A DNA stretch of 45,120 nucleotides from Nemertoderma westbladi. Taxonomy: Eukaryota > Animalia > Xenacoelomorpha. Location of the stretch: contig JAUCBJ010005521.1 in the NCBI GenBank assembly GCA_032718475.1, positions 1-45,120 of the forward strand. The letters are read 5' to 3'. The notes beneath the pieces were generated by a model, which saw nothing but the letters and a program-made list of their open reading frames with translations, was not told where the DNA came from and ran no database searches. Below, piece after piece: positions 36,692-45,120 of this stretch. A program made the translations under genes and the position numbers. Within the stretch, counting starts at the first letter, position 1, and every line of letters starts with the position of its first letter.

Positions 36692-37278
36692 GCGGAATGG
36701 GGAGTCGTAAGAATTCGCAGTTTTCACAAATTAGTGTTTTTGATGAAACCGGGGAAATGCTACGAGAAATTTCTTGCCTTGATGGAGAAAATATTGATGA
36801 TAATTCGAAAACAGTAATACCCAATCATAAAGTAGAACGTGGTAACAACAGAGCGGATATTGTAGAAATGAATTACAATAACAGAGAGCAACCAAAACAA
36901 TGGATTTCTAGTAATTGTAATAATCGAAATTCATCAAAAAGGTCAACATTGTCTCACAATGTAGGAAAACAAACAGTAACACCAATGTTACCATGCCAAC
37001 CTATATCCATAACTCCTAGATTTAGTCGAACTCCTGTATTAATTAATGGATCTTCTAGAAAGGATTACCCAACTCAAACTCCTCTCATTGGTTCAAGCAT
37101 AGGAACTTCCCTATACAGTTTGACTAATCGCAGCTTCTCTTCGGAGTTTATCGATGGTATAAATAATGACACGAATGCAAATATTGAACAATATGGTGAT
37201 CAGAGCGGTGTTTCCATGGCAACATTACGTTCGGATTGTAAGCCTCCATTTCTGTGCAAATGGTCCGAATGCTACCAG
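36692..37278 (+). CDS. GLIS3: GLIS1/3-family exon, low-complexity region to the start of zinc finger 1
   Basis: ttttag/ phase-1 acceptor; open frame ending FLCKWSECYQ; /gtgagt donor in phase 0. Confidence 0.88.
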
Positions 37279-37699
37279 GTGAGTGAGCTACCAGGCTACA
37301 TCGCTCAAGCCTCTATCCGTTTGACAAATGCTGATACAAGCATAAACTAAAAATTTTGAAATTCCCGCGCGCACTACAATTAACAGCTGGCTAAGCTTAG
37401 CTAAACACCATTGTACAGTAGCCTGGTGGTGGGTGAGGTTTTTCTTTTTTATATAACTTTTATGTGTCTTTTTATATCTTTGTCTAGTTTGTGATTAAAA
37501 AAAGCACTAAGCAGTCTAAAAAAAAACCAGCTGAGAATGGTTATATGAAGTAATACAGTCAAATATATATCTTCATATTCTCTATTTCAAACATTTATTT
37601 CAATATGTACATGAATTTTGTATGGTATGTTTGATATGAAATTAATATCTTCACATTGTTCCGCTTCGTACTACCATTTCATCCTTATATATTTTACAG

Positions 37700-37885
37700 C
37701 GATTTCACTACTTGTCAATATTTGTGACACACATTGAAAGCACCCATGTGGAAACACAGAAGAAAAATGGAAATTACATCTGCAGATGGGCTGGTTGCCA
37801 ACGGCAACAGAAGTCATTTAACGCGCGATATAAACTGATTGTTCACATGAGAGTCCACAGTGGGGAGAGACCCAACATATGCCCC
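37700..37885 (+). CDS. GLIS3: GLIS1/3-family exon, zinc fingers 1-2 and start of 3
   Basis: ttacag/ RFHYLSIFVTHIESTHV...CRWAGCQRQQKSFNARYKLIVHMRVHSGERPNICP /gtgagt; FNARYKL.HMRVHSGE.PN is diagnostic of GLIS1/3 (lame duck) fingers. Confidence 0.93.
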
Positions 37886-38742
37886 GTGAGTCATTCAAAT
37901 ATATCCCAATATATTTGAATATGTGAATATATCAAATCCCTTACATACACCGTATTACGAGAAAGATCTGAGTCAATATCTCCATAATTGCAGGAATTTA
38001 AATTATTATTATTATCGCACATTTATTTAATTTAATTTTAACATTTCTTTAGGATAGTACTAGATCGTGACCACAGTCGAAAATAGGCGAAAACAAGCGA
38101 AAACAGTTCGAATTTAGGGAAAACAGTCGAAAACAGTTAGATCGTTTAAAAATAATCATCCATGCATCCAGGTGAAAATAGATATTGAAGTTAACTTGGT
38201 GTAATAATAGATTTAAAATTTAGTGGCATTTATAATGTCGCTAACTTAAGATGACGTACCCATGTACAATAACACTGCTCATATCAGTGCCCGTACTGCC
38301 GTACCGGTACCTGTTGTAGTTACTGTGTCCGTACCGGTTGGGAAGTACCGTATTGAATTTATTATTATTGCAGAGATGCACTTTATTGATTGTTATACAG
38401 TAGTACTGTAGTAGTAGCTAGTACAGTAGGCCTAAGTTGAACTCCATGTCTGTAAGAACGATATGTACGTAAAATACATAGCACATAGGCCTATTTCATT
38501 TCCAGCAATAAATAATTTTGTTTGTTCTGATAATGGCGAAACAGCTGGAAGCGAAGATACCGGAACTTCATTCTTCAACATATTCTTCTATCGGTGACGG
38601 TACGGGTGCCGGTACAATATGTAGTAACAAGTACCGGTAGCCTAGGTTACATATAGATAAATAAGAAATTATTGTGATCGAATTCTATTGTGATCTGTGT
38701 GATCTGATATTTTGGTTTATTTATTGATGATATTTGTTAGCT

Positions 38743-39891
38743 ATGACATCGCGAAGGTTATCCACACCGTATCAGATGATAAGGCGACACACTTTGGATG
38801 GGAGACCCGTTAATGGCAAGACTACCGTTACCCGTTCTGGACAAAAGGATACTGTCGGAAACGTTCAGACTCAGGAAACTCCGCCTCGCGCTGATGACCT
38901 GCACGAAATAGAGGTTTAACGCTCTGGTTCCAGCTGTGATATTGCAATGATATGTATCACAGCACCCGGCGTTGATTTCGGCAGCGTAGAATTCTATTGT
39001 GGGAAGTGCGTCGCCAAACACGTCTGTAGAATCACTGAAAATGCTGATACGATTAGTAAACTTAAGGAAGAGATCTCTCGGCTCTCCGAGAAAATTAATA
39101 ATACAGAAACTCGTCTAGGTACTCTTAATAGTAGGGTAACCGATCATCGCACAGAGCTCGAGGATAAACTGGAAACCCTGCAGGAAGTAGTGGATTCGCA
39201 TGCAGTTTCCCGTGATAACAGCAGTGAGTGTGAGAGTATCATTGAAGTTGATAACCAAAATGTACAGTTTTCCCAGAAATCTGCTGAGGCAGACTATAAC
39301 GGGCAATGGAAAAAAGTGTTTTCTTCCAAAAGGCGCCATGCAACACCGAGGACTAGAGGAACGAGTACACAGGATAACGTAGCTCTACTTTCTCAGAGGA
39401 TCAGACATGAGAACTCTGAGCATGATCACCGAAAAAACAATATTACAATCAGCGGTTTACCATCGTCCCCCCATGCGGAAACAGATAAAACAATTCGGGA
39501 AATAGCGGCCGAACTTAACGTGTCGATTAGCGAGCATGATTTGACACACCGGCAAGTCGGTAAAACTGTAGAAGGTAAAGCCCCACGAATAGTCGTCACC
39601 CTGCCCTCTGATAAGAGGGCCGAACTCATGAAACGCTCAAAAAATCTTCGTCTATCGCAGCGGTTCTCTACAGTCTATATCTCTCCTGATTATACTCCTG
39701 AAGAGGCAGCATTGCGTTTCAGTCTATGTCAGAAATATTGCGCTCTTACAGCTTCCGACCAGTCCAAAAAGTGGGTTATTTATGGCGATGAAGTACGCGA
39801 TGTAGCAACACTGTCAAAGCGCCCCACAAACAATAGCACTCAGCCCAACGACAGTAACGCCAATGTTATTCCTGCGGAAGCGTTGGATTGA
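38743..39891 (+). pseudogene. LINE ORF1 (degenerate PHD-like end FYCGKC, coiled coil, RRM/CTD-like region)
   Basis: RKNNITISGL...VYISPDYTPEE are typical ORF1 motifs; in-frame TAA at 38917-38919. Confidence 0.7.
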
Positions 39892-39910
39892 CTACTTGTT
39901 GCCGCGTCGC

Positions 39911-40872
39911 AAACGACTCCGGTGGGCGCCACTGCATCGCCCATGACTCTGGCTGGCGCCACTGCATCACCCACGACTACGGCGGGCACCACTATGTCCC
40001 CCACTACTCCAGTGGGCGCCACTGCATCGCCCATGACTCCGGCGGGCGTCACTGCATCGCCCACAACTCCGGCGGGCGCTACTGTGTCAGCCACTACTCC
40101 TGCGGGCGACACTGCGTCGCCCACGACTCCGACGGGCGCCACTGCGTCTCCAACGATTACGGTGGGTGCCACTATGTCCCCCACTACTCAAGCGGGTGCC
40201 ACTGCGTCGCCCATGACTTCAGCGGGCGTCACTGCATCACCCATGACTCCGGCGGGCGCTACTGCATCGGCCACGACTCCTGCGGGCGCCACTGCGTTGC
40301 CCACGACTCCGGCGGGCGCCCCTGCATCGCCCATGACTCCGGCGGGAGCTACTGCGTCGGCTACGACTCCTGCGGGCGCCACTGCGTCACCCATGACTCT
40401 GGTTGGCGCCACTCCGTCGGCCACTACTCCTGCGGGCGCCACTGCGTCGCCCACGACTCCGGCGGGCGTCACTGCATTGCCCACGACTCCGGCGTGCGTC
40501 ACTGCGTCGCCCACGACTCCGGCGGGCGCTACTGTGTCGGCCACGACTCCTGCGGGCGCAACTGCGTCGCCCACGACTCTGGCGGGCGCCCCTGCATCGC
40601 CCACGACTCCGGCGGGCATCACTGCGTCGCCCACGACTCCGGCGGGCGCTACTGCATTGGCCACGACTCCTGCGGGCGCCACTGCCTCGCCCATGACTCT
40701 GGTTGGCGCCACTGCGTCACCCATGACTCCGGCGGGCGTCACTGCATCGCCCACGACTCCGGCGGGCGTCACTGCGTCGCCCACGACTCCAGCGGGCGCT
40801 ACTGAGTCGGCCATGACTCCTGCGGGCGCCACTACGTCGGCCACGACTCCGGCGGGCGCAACCGCGTCGCCG
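39911..40872 (+). repeat. GC-rich 30-bp minisatellite, ~32 copies, encoding (TTPAGATASP)n in the LINE reading frame
   Basis: Unit ACTGCGTCGCCCACGACTCCGGCGGGCGCC, with no indels or stops in frame. Confidence 0.95.
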
Positions 40873-43548
40873 AAATGTAAACCAAATACCCAGAACAACA
40901 GCAAACAATCGTTTCCATATATAATATTAAGCAATGTTTTCCATTTTGCGTCAAAGATACATTTGCTTAAAGAAATGGTGTTTTTAACTGGCTACTCTAT
41001 AGTCGCAATCCAAGAAACAAAGCTAGACAAGAATATTTCCGATGGTAGTATTGTCATTGAGGATTATCACTTCGAAAGATTGGACAGAAAAATCGAAAAT
41101 TTTACTAAAGAAAAGGGGGGAGGTGGACTTCTTACATACACAAGTAAATCGTGGTGCCCTAATAAACCAGCGGGTATCGGAAGTGTATCACTGCCAGACA
41201 TGGAATTGCTGGCAATTGCCTGTCGACCCAGATTTCTGCCGTCGGTGTATTCGTGTGTGATAATTATTAACATCTATATTAGACCGCAGGCTAAGTGGCC
41301 CGTCACTTGTAAAGAACTGAGAAAGATCTTCTCAACGATTATGCGTACTTTAATTGCTGTTGGCGACATCAATAAGAGTAAGTTAGGCTACCTAGAATCA
41401 ATCAACCTTCATAACCTGGTGGAATAGCCTACTTTCATTCCCGCTAATTCACAATTGGATATTGCGTATCTGTCTAACAGAGATGTCTACAACTGTATTG
41501 TGGGGGCACCTATTGGCCCTGATCATTATTCTATTTACCTTGAACCGCTGGAAAATTGCGAAAATCTTTATAAACGTAGAGTCCAAACTCGTTTATCATG
41601 GAATTTGAGTGCTACAAATGAAAACATGGATAGAGTTCGTCAAATCTTTGAGGAAACGGATTGGAGTATTTTCAGAGATGATGATGTTAGTACATCAGTG
41701 GATCAAACTGAATCATACATTAAATTTGTAATAGATGAAAATCTTCCAGTAAAAAGGAAAAAGGTAATATCCGCTACTTCTAGAATGCCAATAGTTGAAT
41801 TAAAACCATTGTTAAAGGACAAATTGAAAGCAATTCGAAACGGTGATATAGCACTTCGAAATGGGATTCAACGAAAGATAAACCGATTGGTTCTCAATAG
41901 CAGACAGAAGAGTTTTCGTTCGATGACGAAAACGGAATTATATGCTTGTTGTCAGTTGCCTTTAAAGGGCAAGCGATTAAAAACTAGTTTCAACGAAGAT
42001 GAAGTTGAAAAATTGAGCAAATTTTTTGTTAGATTTAATGAAGATACTCCAAAGGATGACGATGTGTTTTCTGGAACAATATATCCCAACGAAACAGTAA
42101 TTACTCCGAAACAGGTGGAGGACAAATTTAGAGTTTTGGATGCGAAGACAGCTTGCGGACCTGGGATAGCGGACGCATCCATCTACAAAACTTTTGCGAG
42201 GGAACTTAGCATCCCCTACGCCACTATGTACACACAGAGCTTCCAGTCACAAAAGTATCCCCTGGAATGGAAAAAGGCATATGTGTCATCGTTGGCTAAG
42301 AGTAAAGATTCAACTATAGAAGACATGAAAACATTTCGACCGGTATGTGTTTCTCCAATTAGTGCTCGCGGTATAAACAAGCTTGCACTTGAGATGTTTC
42401 GAATGGCTACTGAATTATCAGACGATAATTGCCAATTCGCTTATAAAAAGAATCGATCAACGGCAGATGCAGTAATTACTTTAATCCATCAAATTTCATC
42501 TGCATTGGACACACCATCAACAATAGCAAAATGCATTTTCATAGACTACTCTTCAGCGTTCAATACGGTTCTTCGGTGCAAGTTTCTAAATAAACTGTTG
42601 AACGAGTTATCCCCAGAATATAAATGGCTAGCAACCTGGATTCATTCTTATATGAATAACTTTCGACAAATCGTTAAATCAGGATCGGTAATGTCGGCTG
42701 AGCAAGCAGTGACAGTCGGTTTCCCTCAAGGCGGGCCCATGAGCGGACCTTTATTTACGAAAAATACAGATGATATTAAATCCACAGACAATTCTATAGC
42801 GAAATATTCCGATGACACGCGGACCCAAAAAGCGATTACAAATTGGTCAGATAACTTAGTATATGAAAATACGATTGCAAATATAATCGAAAGATCTATT
42901 GCGAAAAATTTAAAGATTAATCCTAAGAAGTCAGAGGAGCTTTGCTTCATACCTCGAAACTTACAAAATGAGCTACTGCTTGATATTTCTGCATCACGTA
43001 TTGTAATTGATGGTAAATGTGATCCACATCCCACAGCGGTAAAATATTTAGGTGTATTTATTTCCCAAGATTTATCGTGGAACCAGCATGTCAATCACGT
43101 TGTTCATAAAGCTAATTACTCAGTGCGACAATTTAGCTTTATAGTTCGATTTTTAACTGAGAGAACGGCTATATTCATTTTTAACACATATATTTTACCG
43201 ATTTATACATACTGTGCTGTTGCCTGGATACCGAATATTACTGAAAAGGTGCGGAAAAAATTACGTAGGCCGATTTCGCTATATGCCAAACATTCAAAAG
43301 TTAATAAACAGATGCTTTTTGATATTGTAAATGGTTGTTATAAAGGTATTTTTAAGAAAATGGTCGATAAAATTATAGATTCAAAAGATCATCAGTTGCA
43401 TAAATCGTTGTTAGCACATACCTCTAGAAATGCCTCAACTAGGAACAATTTTGCCATATCTTACTGTCGTACTCACAATTATAGAAACTCTTTTATACCA
43501 ACTGCACTGCGTTTTTTGAACAAGTCGGAAACTTTACAATATTTGTAG
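39922..43548 (+). pseudogene. Rex1/Babar-like LINE ORF2 (APE endonuclease + reverse transcriptase), one in-frame stop
   Basis: EN: AIQETKL, GGGL, CRPRFLP...IYIRP, GDIN, LDI, DH. RT: FRPV, QFAYKKNRST.DA, FIDYSSAFNTV, GFPQG, KYSDD, KYLGV. TAG at 41425-41427. AATAAA plus (TAA)n tail at ~43951-43985. Confidence 0.9.
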
Positions 43549-44293
43549 TAACAATATTGTTATTACATCTTTTCGGCCATAGTACCATGTTTTACTTTGA
43601 TTATCTTTTTTTTTTTAGAAAATACCGTTTTCATTTTTATTTGACTAGTATAATTCTAATTTTTGTAATATCTGCATCATTATATGAACTCATTTCCTGC
43701 CATATATATAGTTTTTATATATCTGCGTTATATGAACTGTCCCAACTTGTTGAATATCATAGTACTTAATGATAGGTTCGATTTTAGCTCTTAAAGTGTG
43801 CATATTTTAATTAATATTTTGAAATTTTTAATAGATCACGGTAATATAACTTAATCTACATAGCGTATTTTATAATCACATACATTTCTTTTTACTTTAA
43901 TTGCTTGATGTGTATTAATAATATTCCTCTTTATATATCCATATACGGGAATAAAAGCCAATATTAATAATAAATAATAATAAAATAGACTAACTGAATA
44001 CTCTACTCTTGTACTGTACGCTTTACTGCCGCACTGGAGTAATCCATAATCAACGGGTAATCAGTGTTATTGTACATGGGTTATGGGTAAAACGTCATCT
44101 TAAGTTAGCGACATTATAAATGCCACTAAATTTTAAATCTATTATTACACCTAGTTAACCTCAATTTCTATTTTCACCTGGATGCATGGATGATTATTTT
44201 TAAACGATCTAACTGTTTTCATCTGTTTTCCCTATATTCCAACTGTTTTCCCTTGTTTTCGACTGTTGTCATAATCTAGTACTATCCATTTCT

Positions 44294-44820
44294 TTAAGGG
44301 GGGGAGGGGTAGCACCCCCAAATTGAACCTCATATTTTTGTGTCTCTGGACCATAAAATTGGGTGAAAATTAATTTTTCTGCTACTAAACATCTTCTGGA
44401 CTGTCTGAGAATAGCCAAACCAAATATTTTCAAAATTGGCCCCAAAATGGCTCCGTAATGGCCAAAGGGGCCTTTTTGCGCCAAGGGCTATTTCTCCACC
44501 AATATTTGTTAAAAATTGTCGAAATTTGGATTATAGGTTCAGAAGAACCCTGCATCCAATTCTTCTTAACAAATTTTGCCTCAAATGCTCTGGAGCCTTT
44601 TTAGGACAAAAAGGCCCCAAAAAAGGGCTTTATTTCGCCCTTTTTGATATAAAAAGGCTCCAGGGCATTTCTAACCAAATTTGTTAAGACGAAGTGTGGA
44701 GAAGGATAATCTTAACAAGTGTACCAAATTTCAACTCATTTCAGTTAAAATTTGCGGAGAAATAGCTTTTTTCATAAAAAAAAAAACGTCATTCTGAGAT
44801 AAGGGTGTTTAAAGTTTAAG
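44294..44820. mobile_element. Probable decayed DNA-transposon/MITE fragment
   Basis: Starts TTAAGGGGGG..., with internal inverted segments (CTTAACAAATTT/AAATTTGTTAAG, GGAGCCTTTTT/AAAAAGGCTCC). No second terminus was identified. Confidence 0.35.
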
Positions 44821-45120
44821 GAACAATTTTTAAACCTTTCCGCTATTTTAGACAACATCTACTGTTTCATCTGAGACGTACGTTTAATGATCGATCATCC
44901 GGTGGTGTAGATATACTGTACATTCACTAAAATTGTATTTACTCCCGTTGCACATAACTTTATCGCACATAACTTTATGTACAGTACAGTGACATTGATT
45001 ACATATACAACTATTTACGACAACAAATTACATAATGCCATAAGACAGTTTGTGTTTGTATGTATTTTAATCTGTTAAGAAATTATTATTTTTTTCAAAA
45101 TTTTTGCCTTAATATATTAA

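Larger units (their letters stand above)
38052..44287. mobile_element. MULE/Mutator-like non-autonomous TIR element (~225-bp TIRs, 9-bp TSD) containing a LINE
   Basis: TIRs 38052-38277 and 44062-44287 (GGATAGTACTAGA...TCTAGTACTATCC). TSD ATTTCTTTA at 38043-38051 and 44288-44296. Confidence 0.88.

Noticed and set aside
39840-40934. Alternative-frame repeat proteins ((HCVAHDSGGR)n, (VGDAVAPAGV)n) or an antifreeze/mucin host gene
   Set aside because: A 30-bp GC-rich repeat is open in several frames by construction; only the TTPAGATASP frame connects to the LINE ORFs.

Overview
AT-rich eukaryotic (metazoan, probably invertebrate) genomic DNA dominated by nested transposable elements around four exons of a GLIS1/3-type C2H2 zinc-finger gene (+ strand, 35443-37885, open at both ends). 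The centrepiece is a three-level nest. An Academ-like DNA transposon remnant (XPG/PIN-like nuclease fragments, ~0.8 kb inverted arms) is split by a foldback-type element (GG termini, 8-bp TSD CAAGTACC). That element is in turn split by a full-length but mutated 14.5-kb BEL/Pao LTR retrotransposon (16611-31122, - strand, ~1.7-kb LTRs, TSD AAAAA). The BEL/Pao element is unusual in four ways: (i) in the env position it carries an ~866-codon extra ORF with a WRN/RNase D-like (DEDDy) exonuclease fold plus CCHC zinc knuckles; (ii) it has no tRNA-type PBS, and the PBS position is instead a perfect 13-nt complement of a sequence inside its own LTR, suggesting Tf1-like self-priming; (iii) a 63-aa uORF overlaps gag by ATGA; (iv) its U3 holds an array of six UUCG-hairpin modules. 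Also present: a Rex1/Babar-like LINE with an in-frame 30-bp minisatellite inside a MULE-like TIR element in a GLIS intron, RTE-like and CRE-like LINE fragments, DINE/HINE-like repeats, MITEs, a 50/62-bp satellite, and a candidate two-exon secreted three-finger (LU) protein gene. All family calls come from motif recognition by eye; no database searches were run.
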